DNA of 64,000 nt from Candidatus Pacearchaeota archaeon (GCA_038849525.1 JAWCMS010000001.1:206584-270583); one strand, 5' to 3'; shown: positions 29,119 through 39,087, counted from the stretch's first letter. Numbers and translations: made by a program. The notes: generated by a model not told the origin, from the sequence alone.

Positions 29119-29427
29119 ATGAAAAAACCTAAAATAATAAAGAGATATTGTCCATTTTGTAATAAACATACCGAACAAAAAATCGAAATAGTTAGCACAG
29201 GACATAAAAGAGGATCTTTAAAAAGAGGAGGAAAATCAAGAATGAGAAAAAGAGGATTATGGAGGGGCTTTGGTTCGCATGGAAAATATTCTAAACCGCC
29301 AATTGCAAGCTGGAAAAGAAAAATTAAGAATATAAAGAAAACGAACTTAATTTATACTTGTCAAGTATGTAAAAAAAGTAAGACACAAAAAAAAGGAAAG
29401 AGGACAGGGAAACTTAAATTAGAATGA
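29119..29427 (+). CDS. rpl44e: 50S ribosomal protein L44e (eL42)
   Basis: YCPFCNKHTEQK...YTCQVCKK zinc-binding pattern and basic composition typical of L44e. Confidence 0.9.
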   Translation: MKKPKIIKRYCPFCNKHTEQKIEIVSTGHKRGSLKRGGKSRMRKRGLWRGFGSHGKYSKPPIASWKRKIKNIKKTNLIYTCQVCKKSKTQKKGKRTGKLKLE

Positions 29428-29945
29428 TAGTCGCAAAAAAGAAAAGATTTGAAGTTGATGTACCTTTGATAGAAGAAAAAATTCCTGTATTGGCAATAGA
29501 TCAAGATGCAATTGTTGGAAGAATAATAAAACTTGATTTGACAAGGCTATTAAAAGGAAAAAATCTTGAAGCAAATATAATAATAAAAAAATATAATGAA
29601 AACCTTGTTGGGGATATTATCTCTATAAAACTATTACCTTCTTACATTGCTCGTATGATTCGAAAAGGCATAAGCTATGTAGAAGATAGTTTCGTTGTAG
29701 AAGGAAAAGAATCCCAAATTATAATAAAACCCTATCTTCTTACAAGAAAAAAAGTTCATAGAAGTGTAAGAAAGGCATTAAGAAATAGAGCAAGAGAAAT
29801 TATAACTGAATTTGTTAAAACAAAAAATAATAAAGAGATATTTTTTGCAATTCTTACAGGAAATCTACAAAAAGAACTTATTATAAAACTAAAAAAAATA
29901 TATCCTCTTACGTTGGCCGAGATCAGAATTGCGAAATTGAAATAA
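29424..29945 (+). CDS. rps3ae: 30S ribosomal protein S3Ae (eS1)
   Basis: KKKRFEVDVPLIEEKIP...IIGRIIKLDLTRL...KKIYPLTLAEIRIAKLK matches S3Ae N- and C-terminal signatures. Confidence 0.85.
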   Translation: MIVAKKKRFEVDVPLIEEKIPVLAIDQDAIVGRIIKLDLTRLLKGKNLEANIIIKKYNENLVGDIISIKLLPSYIARMIRKGISYVEDSFVVEGKESQIIIKPYLLTRKKVHRSVRKALRNRAREIITEFVKTKNNKEIFFAILTGNLQKELIIKLKKIYPLTLAEIRIAKLK

Positions 29946-29951
29946 TTTTAA

Positions 29952-30023
29952 ATGGGCCTAACAGGAATCGAACCTGTCTCCTATCCACGTCAAGGATATG
30001 TCCTGCCAATGAACGATAGGCCC
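29952..30023 (-). tRNA. tRNA-Val: tRNA-Val(GAC)
   Basis: Reverse complement GGGCCTATCGTTCATTGGCAGGACATATCCTTGACGTGGATAGGAGACAGGTTCGATTCCTGTTAGGCCCA. Anticodon loop TTGACGT, T-arm GGTTCGATTCC. Confidence 0.85.
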
Positions 30024-30080
30024 AAATAAAAATTTAATAAAACATTATATAAATATTTATCTGCTATTATATTCTTTCAA

Positions 30081-30205
30081 AGCCTCCAGAGGGATTTGAA
30101 CCCTCGACCCTCGGTTGTTATGAAACAAGTTTCATGAACAAAAAAATTTAATTTGTTTTCTTGTCTTTACAAAACCGATGCTCTAAACCGCTGAGCTATG
30201 GAGGC
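30081..30205 (-). tRNA. tRNA-Thr: tRNA-Thr(TGT) with about 52-nt intron at canonical position
   Basis: Exons GCCTCCATAGCTCAGCGGTTTAGAGCATCGGTTTTGTAA / ACCGAGGGTCGAGGGTTCAAATCCCTCTGGAGGCT. The intervening AGACAAG...CATGAAACTTGTTTCATAACA contains a hairpin consistent with a BHB substrate. Confidence 0.75.
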
Positions 30206-30303
30206 ATAACTTAGATAGTTAAAATTGGTTTAAAAGTATTTTGATTAAATATCATTAATAATATTTATATAGGAGATTTTTCTTTTGTTACTAAGTTTAA
30301 AAG

Positions 30304-32208
30304 ATGGTGAAGGGCCAGATTGGTTTATTTGTAATTATAGCTATTTTAATAATAGGTGCAGTTAGTTTAGTAATTTATTACAAAAGTGAAACTGAAAAAA
30401 GAGAAGCATTTTCAGAAGAAAAAACATTAAGAGCTGTTTCAGAAAAATTAAGGCCTGTCGAAGAATCTTTTTTAAATTGTCTTAAGGAAAAAGCAAGAGA
30501 TGCTTTAGACATAATAGGGCAACAGGCAGGTTATATTGAACTGCCAGCTGGCGAGATTGCTTCAAGTTACATGCCTTTTTCTGACAAGCTTAACTTTTTA
30601 GGAACTAAAGTTCCTTATTGGTGGTACATAAGCGAAAATAATATTGTTCAAGAAAAAGTGCCAAAAATTTCTGATATTGAAAAAGAAATTGAAGATTATA
30701 TAAATATTAACTCTGCTGATTGCGACTTAAGTAATTTTTTCACAGAAGGATTTATAATAAATGCTGAAAAAAACACTACAACTGATGTGATAATAAAAGA
30801 TGATGAAGTTAATTTTGAAGTAATTAAAAGAATTTCAATAAGCTATGGTAATACTACTGGAATTATTGAAAAACATAGATTTTCATTACCGATAAAACTT
30901 GGAAGAATTTATAAAAATGCTTTGGCAGTTTATGATGCAGAACAAAAAAGTCTTTTTCTTGAGAATTACAGTGTTGATGTAATAGCTCTTTATGCTCCAT
31001 TATCTGGATTTTATTTAAGCTGTGCGCCGAAAATGTGGAATAAAGCAGATGTTGAAAAAAATATAAAGGAAGCATTAGAAGGAAACATTGGAGCATTGAA
31101 ACTTAAAGGAGGTTATTATAGACTTGCAAAACCTGAAAATAAATATTTTATACAAAATATTAATGCTGAAAAAGGAATAAATGTAAACTTTTTTTATAGC
31201 AAAGAATGGCCTACAAAAATCGAAATTGAACCGAGCAAAGAAGGAATTATGGTTGCAGAGCCAATAGGAATGCAAGAAGGCATAGGAGCATTAGGTTTTT
31301 GTTTCATTTCTTATCATTTTGTTTATGATTTAGCGTATCCTGTAATGGTGCAGTTTTATGATGTAAATGAGAATTATCTTTTCCAATTTCCCATTATTGT
31401 TAGCGTTTTTAGAAACAAGCCAAGGGAAGCAGAACTTTCATTTTCACTTTCCTCTGAAAGAGAAATCTGTAAAAGAAAAATTCAACAAGAAACCGTAAAT
31501 GTTCAAGACATATATGGAAAACCTGTTGAAGCAAAAATAAGCTTTAAGTGTTTAGACACTGTTTGTGAGATTGGAAAAGCCGAATTAAGCGATAAAGGAG
31601 CACTATTAATAGAAAAATTTCCACAATGCATTAATGGGTTTATTATAGCAGAAGCGGAAGGATATGCGAGAGCGAAACAACAAGTTTCAACTAATAAAGA
31701 AGGAGTGTTTACTATAATAATGCAACCATTGCATGAATTAAAAGTTGATATTCAAGCAGAAGGAGTAGAAAGTATAAAAAATAGTAAGGTTGTTCTTGTC
31801 GCAAGCAAGCAGGATTATATGACTACCTTAATTTGGCCTGAACAAAACAAGATAAAACTGGCAGAGGGAAATTATACCATGAAGGCATGGATGCTTAAAA
31901 ATGGAACTTTTAAGCTATCTGAACAAACAACTGAAAAATGCATCAAAGTACCAGTAGGAGGAATAGCCGGAATTTTTGGAGCTCGAAAAGAAGAATGCTT
32001 TGATTTAAATGTTCCGGAAATTGCTTTAAATGAATTGCCAGTAGGGGGAGCATTTTTTAATTATAGTGTAAGTGAAGAAGAGCTCTCAAGAGCAAATGAA
32101 ATTACTTTCTATGTTAATAGCTGGACTGTTCCTCAGACACAAGAACAATTCATTGAAATTTACAATCTCATTGAAAATGAGGCTGTTAAAACCCCTGCAT
32201 TAAAATGA
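30304..32208 (+). CDS. Large (634 aa) secreted protein with canonical type IV pilin-like class III signal peptide (MVKGQ-IGLFVIIAILIIGAV)
   Basis: The N-terminus is a textbook archaeal prepilin signal: KGQ followed by about 20 hydrophobic residues. The remainder is a hydrophilic beta-rich domain with no recognisable family. ATGA overlap with the following giant gene. Confidence 0.7.
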   Translation: MVKGQIGLFVIIAILIIGAVSLVIYYKSETEKREAFSEEKTLRAVSEKLRPVEESFLNCLKEKARDALDIIGQQAGYIELPAGEIASSYMPFSDKLNFLGTKVPYWWYISENNIVQEKVPKISDIEKEIEDYININSADCDLSNFFTEGFIINAEKNTTTDVIIKDDEVNFEVIKRISISYGNTTGIIEKHRFSLPIKLGRIYKNALAVYDAEQKSLFLENYSVDVIALYAPLSGFYLSCAPKMWNKADVEKNIKEALEGNIGALKLKGGYYRLAKPENKYFIQNINAEKGINVNFFYSKEWPTKIEIEPSKEGIMVAEPIGMQEGIGALGFCFISYHFVYDLAYPVMVQFYDVNENYLFQFPIIVSVFRNKPREAELSFSLSSEREICKRKIQQETVNVQDIYGKPVEAKISFKCLDTVCEIGKAELSDKGALLIEKFPQCINGFIIAEAEGYARAKQQVSTNKEGVFTIIMQPLHELKVDIQAEGVESIKNSKVVLVASKQDYMTTLIWPEQNKIKLAEGNYTMKAWMLKNGTFKLSEQTTEKCIKVPVGGIAGIFGARKEECFDLNVPEIALNELPVGGAFFNYSVSEEELSRANEITFYVNSWTVPQTQEQFIEIYNLIENEAVKTPALK

Positions 32209-35200
32209 AAATGACCAACAAAAAAACATTGATAATTGTAATTTTATCGGTTTTGACTTTATTGCTAATTTCTACCTCATCAGCTCAGATTACTTCAGAA
32301 TATATTTATGGCAGAAATATAAGTGAAAGCTGTACAGAAGGGCAAGATTTTATTATAGAGGTGCCACCTGGAGCTTGCCAGCCCGCTGTTGTTAGAAGTG
32401 ATTTATTAGAAGAACAAAGTGTCCCTGTCTATTGCAACATAATAGGCATTAAAGTAAATCCGCTTATAGATGTCCCTTACATAAGAAGTATTACCCCTTT
32501 AGGATTCACTTCGACTAAAGATGTAGCTGGAATCCATTTTTATCCTGCAAAGGCATCTTTAAGAGCACTTCCTGGAATGATCCCGGAGGGGACTCCTTCT
32601 TCGATAAATAATCTTGGCTGGCTTGTTGTGCTATTAAAACAAAAAACAACAGAAAAAGAAATTCCTGAAAAAATTGAATTAAACTTAACAGCAAGAATAA
32701 AATATGACATGCAGAATAGTTTTGGAATAGCTGAAAGTGAATTAACGCTGACTGAAATGAATGAAAATGAATGGGAAAAGGTTTCAGAAAGATATTCTTT
32801 TTGGAGAGGCAAAGGGTATGTAAGAGCAGCAAGAATTGATGAAAACACTGCTTCTTTTGTTGTGTATGATAGCTCTAAAAGAAGCAAACAGACAATAAAT
32901 GTTAAAGTAGGTGAAACTTCGCAGCCAGCTTATTTAACAGGGTTTTATTGTGCCGGGGGAGTTAAACTTAATCTTGAAAAAATTGATTTTCCATCGGTCA
33001 AAGCAAGACTTAATGTAAACGGAATTGAAAGATTATTAAGCGAGAATATGCAGCTTTATGAAGGAAGTAAATGTAGAATAAGCAAAATAAATTCAGGAAT
33101 CTCTCCAAACATTGAAATCTCGTGTCCAGAAGAAAAATATACTTTAAGTCTTAATCCGAGAGAAGCAAGCTTAAATGTAAATGGCAAAGAGAAAAGAGTA
33201 AAGATAGGAGAAAAAATTAGTGATGGAGAAACAAGTAAAGTATTTTTGGGATATGTAGGAATTGAAAATGATACAAAATATATTGTTGTATTCCAAGGGG
33301 ATGAGAAAGATGCTTATAGAAAAATAATAGAGATAAAGAAAGGAGTAGAGCTTTTACATGCAAAAGGAAAATCTATCAATGAACTTAAATTAGAAAATGT
33401 CGAGATAATAAGTAATGATAGTGAAAAAGAAGTAGATGGAATCAAAATAAAAATTATTGGAGATTTAATAACATTAAAAACAAAAATTTATTCTGAAAAC
33501 ATAGAAGATAACTTTAGAAAGGCTATTGCTTCGGCAAAGGATGTTGCAGACAAATACGGTAATGTTAAAGATGACATTGGAGACATTTATGGATTAAAAG
33601 CATTAAAAGATGCAGCTAATCTTGCACGAGAACTTGGAAAAGAGGAAGAGCAGGTTGATTTACTTAGAGAAATAATAAAAAAATATTCTAATGAAAATAT
33701 ATCAGAAGAGAAAATTAAACTTGATCGGCTTATTTCTTCAGAATCTTCCAGTATCTCTTTTTTCGATAAAAGTACTGGACAAAGCGTTTTTGTTGTTTTA
33801 GAGGATATTAATATTCCTGACAAAACAGATGCTTTTGCAACCATTATCATAGATGGCGAGCAAACAGATAAAGGGGTTGGAGATGCAATAACTAACATTT
33901 GGTATATCAGTAAAATAACTGATAGATGCATTAATGTCGCAAGTGTAAGAAAAGATGAGGCAGAAAAAACTCTATGTAAAGATTCCAGCTTTCTTTTAGT
34001 GGATTCTGCAGGTAAATCAGTAAATGTAAAACTTTTAGGGACTAAATTGAAAAAAGAGGCTTATGTAAGGCTTATTCCTTTTTCGAAAGAAGGTGAAACA
34101 ATAACTAATTTTTCTGTTCAGATAGGTATTGAAAAAAGAGCTGTCCAGCTTTCTCCAGAACAAATGAAAGAGCATATAAGAGCAGTGAATGAGATTTCTA
34201 TGCAACTTGAAAATTTCATTAATCAGCTTTCTTTTACAGTTAAGCAGTGGAAACTTGCTTGTTTTGCCACACAGGCAGGACTTGCAGTAAAAAATCTGGT
34301 TCTTACTCCGCAAGGAGAGGCGAGAAGAGCTGCGATGCATGGAATGACTATTAATGGAAAACAATATGGGGGATGGACTGATTTCTGTAAAGCAAAAATA
34401 GGAGATCCAAGTGTAGGGGGGAAATTTAGAGACTTGGATGCTTGTTATAGGTATTATGCTGACCAGATAAATGCTGATGTTAGTGTTATAAAAAAATCAA
34501 TTGAAGAGACAAATGATTATGTGAAGAACATAAAAGCACAAAATTTAGTTAATGGTAAACTTAAAGAAGAGGCTTATATCAAAAATGCTTTAAATAATTC
34601 TGGCAATGAGAGATTAAAAGAACTTGTTCGAAACGAAAATTTTAATGAATTAATTAGCAGAGGCATAATTACAAAAGAAGATGTGAAAGAGATGATATTC
34701 TTGCACAAAATACAGGAAAAATGTAAGAATCCAAACAGTCCGCTATGTAAAGGCGAAAAAGATGTCAAGAACTTTTCAACCATCTTTGATGATCTCTTAA
34801 ATTATAATTTTAACCGCCTTAGTCAGATTGATACTCTTAAGAAAAGCACTAGCGGTGCAATAGGGCCGCCAGAATTCTGGGAAACTCCTGCTGATTTTGC
34901 TGTTAGCCCAATCATGATAAAAGCAAGAGTTTACGATGCAAATTCATTTGAAAGAGTTTTAGGTAATGATGCTAATAGACTCTCACAAATTATGGATGAA
35001 TTAAAATCAAATAAAAATTATAGAGTCTCTGCAGGCGTTAAAAATAATGAAGCATTTTTTGTACTTCTTGAAAGAACTATTGATGGCAGATTTAAGCCTG
35101 TAAAAGTTTATAACAAATCATCAGGCGAGGATATCAGTAGCGCTAAACTTGGTGACATTAGCAATTTCAGAATAGATGGAATAGATACAAATGACTGGAA

Positions 35201-37112
35201 ATATTCTTTTTCGAGAGAAGTAAAACCAGAAGTAAGATTCTGGGAAGAAGGAAAATACAAAGGATTTGCAGCAATCGTACCTTTTGAAATTAATGGAGCA
35301 GGATATTATGTGAAAATGAACAAGCAAGACTATGAAGAAAATGGATTTCCAAGATACTTGAACATTTACAATGTTGGAAGCAATGGAAGAATCGACGAGG
35401 GAAGTGGAGATGATATTTCTGTTCAGAGTCTTGCTGTCTCACAAATTACCTCTGAAATGGAACTTGCAAATAAAGCATTACAAGCAGTAAGAAATGCAAA
35501 TGCTGGCTATGGAAGTAGAACAATAAGCATTCTTGGTAAAATGTATGGGGTAGGCAAAGCAATGATTGATGTTCCTGCATATCAATGTCAGGACTTTATG
35601 TCTCCTTCTGATTGTTCTATTCTTTTTAATGTTTGTGATCCTGTTCTTTGCCCACCTTCGAGATGCAATTTAGGCGGAACTTATCAAACCGCAAATGTTG
35701 TGCAGTCAGGAGTCATTGGTTCAATTGTCTTATGTTCAAAAAATTCTGTTTTATTTGGAGGAGATGTTATTCTTCCTGTATGCTTAACTGGATTGAACGC
35801 AGGATTGCAAAATATAAATACTGTTTTAAAATCATATAGGGACTGCCTAAATGAGAGTCTTACAACAGGAAAAAATGTCGGTATTTGCGATGAGATATAT
35901 TCAATTTATCTTTGCGAGCTTACATGGAGAGAAGTTCTCCCTTTCATAACCTATGGAATTCCAAACATTGTTACTTCAATGCTGCATCAAGGAGGAGGAG
36001 AATACTTGAATTTCCAGAGTAACTGGAATAATTTTGTAGGCACTATAAATTACTTTACTTCACAATATGCTGAAACAGCTTTTGAAGCTTTTAAAATAAG
36101 AAGCACTATGCAGGTAGGAACAGAAGTTTGCAAATTATTCTTCTCATTAAGATATCCTGATTTGATTGAATTAGTTGATAGGCTGACAAAACCTGAGTCC
36201 CCTCCACAATTTTTTGCATATTTTGATGAGATTTCATTTACTTCAGTAACTGTTCCTGCTACTTCTCAATACAAGATTTATTATCATATTTATGCTGGTG
36301 AAGATAAGGGAATAAGTTATAATGTTTATCTTAGCTCTCCGCCTTATGTTACAGGAATTTATATACCCCCTATACAATTCATAGATGCGGGATTTTTGCC
36401 GCAAGGACAATATAAATCAGAAACCAAAGATATTTTAGCGCCTGCAGGATATAAGGAACTGTGTATTGAAATAGATGGAAAAAGAGAGTGCGGTTTTGGA
36501 AGAGTAGGAACACAATTTTCATTGAATTATCTTGCTGACAAGTATGTGCAACAACAACTAACTGAAAATATTGATAGCGAAAAGGAATGTATTTCAGGCT
36601 CTGTAAGTTTATTGCCGTTGGTTCCAGGATTGCATCCTGGACAAGAAGGAATAGTTGAAGCAATAAAACCTTCTTTGGAAAGAAGAGGGGTGACAAGAAT
36701 ATGTTCAAAAGATAATCCTGGCAAGGGTGTTAATGAAGCAAAGTGGGATTTTGTGGGATGGTGTAATAAAAATGAAAAATTTGCATGTTGGGTTGATAGA
36801 GAAAGTGTCGAAGGAGCAATAAAAGACTTGGGAATTTTAAATGAAACTTTAAATTATTCTGCAAGTCTTGTTTCTGCATATTTAGAAGAAGAAGGAATGT
36901 GGACTAAAGAAAAAGCTGCGAAAGAAATTAACACAGCTAAAACTCAATTGACTAATGCTAAAAATGTAGGTAATTGTTTAGATGCAGTAAAGAAGTTTTC
37001 AGAGATAGAAGATAATAGTTTCTTTTTAAACCAAAAAGCAGAAGCTGCTTTAGGAATTGCTGCGAGCTATGCAAAAAAAGTAAGATTAGAGGTGGAAAGC
37101 TATAAAAAATAA
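32205..37112 (+). CDS. Giant (1635 aa) secreted protein with Sec-type signal peptide and cysteine-rich C-terminal module
   Basis: Signal peptide MKMTNKKTLIIVILSVLTLLLISTSSA-Q. A long hydrophilic body. More than 30 Cys residues are concentrated in roughly the last 450 residues (e.g. CQDFMSPSDC, CDPVLCPPSRC). Confidence 0.7.
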   Translation: MKMTNKKTLIIVILSVLTLLLISTSSAQITSEYIYGRNISESCTEGQDFIIEVPPGACQPAVVRSDLLEEQSVPVYCNIIGIKVNPLIDVPYIRSITPLGFTSTKDVAGIHFYPAKASLRALPGMIPEGTPSSINNLGWLVVLLKQKTTEKEIPEKIELNLTARIKYDMQNSFGIAESELTLTEMNENEWEKVSERYSFWRGKGYVRAARIDENTASFVVYDSSKRSKQTINVKVGETSQPAYLTGFYCAGGVKLNLEKIDFPSVKARLNVNGIERLLSENMQLYEGSKCRISKINSGISPNIEISCPEEKYTLSLNPREASLNVNGKEKRVKIGEKISDGETSKVFLGYVGIENDTKYIVVFQGDEKDAYRKIIEIKKGVELLHAKGKSINELKLENVEIISNDSEKEVDGIKIKIIGDLITLKTKIYSENIEDNFRKAIASAKDVADKYGNVKDDIGDIYGLKALKDAANLARELGKEEEQVDLLREIIKKYSNENISEEKIKLDRLISSESSSISFFDKSTGQSVFVVLEDINIPDKTDAFATIIIDGEQTDKGVGDAITNIWYISKITDRCINVASVRKDEAEKTLCKDSSFLLVDSAGKSVNVKLLGTKLKKEAYVRLIPFSKEGETITNFSVQIGIEKRAVQLSPEQMKEHIRAVNEISMQLENFINQLSFTVKQWKLACFATQAGLAVKNLVLTPQGEARRAAMHGMTINGKQYGGWTDFCKAKIGDPSVGGKFRDLDACYRYYADQINADVSVIKKSIEETNDYVKNIKAQNLVNGKLKEEAYIKNALNNSGNERLKELVRNENFNELISRGIITKEDVKEMIFLHKIQEKCKNPNSPLCKGEKDVKNFSTIFDDLLNYNFNRLSQIDTLKKSTSGAIGPPEFWETPADFAVSPIMIKARVYDANSFERVLGNDANRLSQIMDELKSNKNYRVSAGVKNNEAFFVLLERTIDGRFKPVKVYNKSSGEDISSAKLGDISNFRIDGIDTNDWKYSFSREVKPEVRFWEEGKYKGFAAIVPFEINGAGYYVKMNKQDYEENGFPRYLNIYNVGSNGRIDEGSGDDISVQSLAVSQITSEMELANKALQAVRNANAGYGSRTISILGKMYGVGKAMIDVPAYQCQDFMSPSDCSILFNVCDPVLCPPSRCNLGGTYQTANVVQSGVIGSIVLCSKNSVLFGGDVILPVCLTGLNAGLQNINTVLKSYRDCLNESLTTGKNVGICDEIYSIYLCELTWREVLPFITYGIPNIVTSMLHQGGGEYLNFQSNWNNFVGTINYFTSQYAETAFEAFKIRSTMQVGTEVCKLFFSLRYPDLIELVDRLTKPESPPQFFAYFDEISFTSVTVPATSQYKIYYHIYAGEDKGISYNVYLSSPPYVTGIYIPPIQFIDAGFLPQGQYKSETKDILAPAGYKELCIEIDGKRECGFGRVGTQFSLNYLADKYVQQQLTENIDSEKECISGSVSLLPLVPGLHPGQEGIVEAIKPSLERRGVTRICSKDNPGKGVNEAKWDFVGWCNKNEKFACWVDRESVEGAIKDLGILNETLNYSASLVSAYLEEEGMWTKEKAAKEINTAKTQLTNAKNVGNCLDAVKKFSEIEDNSFFLNQKAEAALGIAASYAKKVRLEVESYKK

Positions 37113-37219
37113 AGTTATGTCTGTATGATAAATTGTATACTTCCTCAAATTTGGATTAATTTTTTCAGTAAGAGAATCGACTTCTAGTTTTTTTAACAAT
37201 TTTTGTTATTAGAAAAAGA

Positions 37220-37236
37220 TAGCTTTAAAATTGCTA
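37220..37236 (+). promoter_or_regulatory. TATA-like element (CTTTAAAATTG) about 25 nt upstream of tRNA-Leu
   Basis: AT-rich TATA-like hexamer at the expected distance from tRNA position +1. Confidence 0.3.
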
Positions 37237-37254
37237 ATTAAGTCCTTATTTTAT

Positions 37255-37338
37255 GCGGGGATTCCGGAGTGGTCTAACGGGCTAGGCTTAGGACCTAGTG
37301 GCTTAGTGCCTTCAGAGGTTCGAATCCTCTTCCCCGCA
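37255..37338 (+). tRNA. tRNA-Leu: tRNA-Leu(TAG), class II with long variable arm
   Basis: GCGGGGATTCCGGAGTGGTCTAACGGGCTAGGCTTAGGACCTAGTGGCTTAGTGCCTTCAGAGGTTCGAATCCTCTTCCCCGCA. Anticodon loop CTTAGGA. Long variable stem-loop. Confidence 0.85.
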
Positions 37339-37397
37339 TTGTTTAATGTTTGAACACTAGAGATGTATCTAACAAGCATATGCCAGTAAAAATTTTT

Positions 37398-37649
37398 TTA
37401 TTTTTTCATTTCAGCCTTGGATGCAGGAGAAATCCAAAGAATTGTATTGCCTCGGACAAATAAGAGGCCTAAGCTCCTTTTCAGCTCGTTGTTCACTAGC
37501 TCTTTTGCATTATCTATTACAATGTTTATATGTATATCAAATGCAAGTAGTGTTCCTACGAGCTGTTTTCCATCCTTAAGCTCTATCAAAATTTCTTTTC
37601 CTTTTGATTCGTTCAACAAATCTAAGGGCCTTTCAATGCCATTAACCAT
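37398..37649 (-). CDS. Sm-like (LSm) archaeal protein
   Basis: The Sm1/Sm2 motif arrangement matches SmAP: ILIELKDGKQLVGTLLAFDIHINIVIDNAKE...LGLLFVRGNTILWISP. Confidence 0.85.
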   Translation of the reverse strand: MVNGIERPLDLLNESKGKEILIELKDGKQLVGTLLAFDIHINIVIDNAKELVNNELKRSLGLLFVRGNTILWISPASKAEMKK

Positions 37650-37727
37650 CTTTTTTCTTCGGATCTTCAGTTTTTAAACTTGTCGATAGTAGAAAAATAT
37701 ATAAACAATATTTTTTTTGCCTCTAGC

Positions 37728-38075
37728 ATGGCTAGAAAAATAACTGGCGGAAAATATAGAAAAGCAAGAAAAAAGAAAAAATATGAACGTCTTGGAAAAA
37801 CAACATATGTTACATTAGGCAAGGAAAAAAGAAAGCAGGTTATTACAAGAGGAGGAAACATCAAAACTATTCTGCTTTCAGCTGATAAAGCAAATGTCCT
37901 TGATAAAGATGGAAAAATAAAAGTTGCCAAAATAAAATCTGTTATTCAAGTTCCTTCTAATCGCTATCTGAAAGGGGTTTTATTCAAAGGAGCAATAATA
38001 GACACTGAAATTGGAAGAGCGAGAATTACTTCTAGACCATCGCAAGATGGTGTTGTTAATGCAGTTTTAATTTAG
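37728..38075 (+). CDS. rps8e: 30S ribosomal protein S8e
   Basis: MARKITGGKYRKARKKKKYE...RGGNIKTILLSADKANV...RPSQDGVVNAVLI matches S8e throughout. The conserved start is the internal Met at 37728, not the ORF-track ATG at 37680. Confidence 0.85.
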   Translation: MARKITGGKYRKARKKKKYERLGKTTYVTLGKEKRKQVITRGGNIKTILLSADKANVLDKDGKIKVAKIKSVIQVPSNRYLKGVLFKGAIIDTEIGRARITSRPSQDGVVNAVLI

Positions 38076-38089
38076 TGCTTTATAAAGCT

Positions 38090-38110
38090 TTAGAAATATT
38101 TATAAATCTA
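38090..38110 (+). promoter_or_regulatory. TATA box (ATATTTATAAAT) about 25 nt upstream of the tfb start
   Basis: Consensus-like archaeal TATA at the expected spacing. A second palindromic TTTATAAA lies 15 nt further upstream. Confidence 0.35.
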
Positions 38111-38127
38111 ATTTTAATCATTTTTAA

Positions 38128-39054
38128 ATGCCCTTTGTTAAAAAGTGTCCTGAATGTGGTTCTGTAAATTTAATATATGATGAACAAAGAGGGGAAATTA
38201 GCTGTAGTGATTGTGGATTAGTAATAGAAAAAGAAATGGTTGATTTAGGGCAAGAGTGGAGACAATTTGATGAGGGGCCTAAAAAAGGACGAGGCGGAGC
38301 ACCTTTAAGCTTACAGAAATTTGATAAAGGATTAACAACAAATATTGGTGAGGTTTCTGATATATACAAACTTGGAGAAAAAAGAATAAAAAAATATTCA
38401 AGGCTACAAAAATGGCAAGAAAGGGTTCATACTTCTATTGAAAGAAACTTAAGATTGGCAATGCAAGAATTAAGAAAAGTAGCATCTTTCTTAAATTTGC
38501 CGAATGTTGTAAAAGAAGAAGCTTCAAGAGTTTATAATTTTGTCTTACAAAGAGGCTTGGTAAGGGGAAGAAGCATGGAATCAGTTATAGCAGCTTGCAT
38601 CTACGCTGCTTGCAGGACATACAATATTCCTAGAACACTAGACGAAGTTGCAAATGCTTCTGATGTAGAAAGAAAAGAAATAGGAAGAACCTACAGATTC
38701 ATTACAAGAAAACTTACATTAAATATAAATCCAAGCAATCCAAAAGATTATATTGCAAGATTTGCTAGCGTTTTGCATCTTTCTCCAAAGACTCAAAATG
38801 ATGCTTTGAAGATATTACAAAAAGCAGAAATTTCAGAATTAACAAGTGGAAGAGGGCCTGCAGGGATTGCTGCTGCTGCCCTTTATGTTGCCTCTTTACT
38901 CAATAATGAAAAAAGAACTCAAAGAGAGGTTGCAGATGTAGCAGGAATAACTGAAGTAACTATCAGGAATAGATATAAGGAACTGCTTGATAAGCTTGGA
39001 TTAGAAGAAAAATTGAAAATAAAGGAAGCTGAAAAGAAAGAAAGCAACAAATAA
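38128..39054 (+). CDS. tfb: Transcription initiation factor B (TFB)
   Basis: N-terminal zinc ribbon (CPECGS...CSDCG), B-reader/linker and two cyclin-fold repeats. About 300 aa. Confidence 0.95.
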   Translation: MPFVKKCPECGSVNLIYDEQRGEISCSDCGLVIEKEMVDLGQEWRQFDEGPKKGRGGAPLSLQKFDKGLTTNIGEVSDIYKLGEKRIKKYSRLQKWQERVHTSIERNLRLAMQELRKVASFLNLPNVVKEEASRVYNFVLQRGLVRGRSMESVIAACIYAACRTYNIPRTLDEVANASDVERKEIGRTYRFITRKLTLNINPSNPKDYIARFASVLHLSPKTQNDALKILQKAEISELTSGRGPAGIAAAALYVASLLNNEKRTQREVADVAGITEVTIRNRYKELLDKLGLEEKLKIKEAEKKESNK

Positions 39055-39087
39055 ATATTATATTCTTCTTAAATGAATATAAATAGT

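Noticed and set aside
37417-37677. 86-aa plus-strand ORF antisense to the Sm protein gene
   Set aside because: Shadow ORF opposite a canonical Sm-fold gene.
37680-37727. Upstream 16-codon extension of the S8e ORF in the track
   Set aside because: The conserved S8e N-terminus (MARKITGGKYRKARKKKK) starts at 37728. The upstream part (MSIVEKYINNIFFASS) is non-conserved and overlaps the promoter region.
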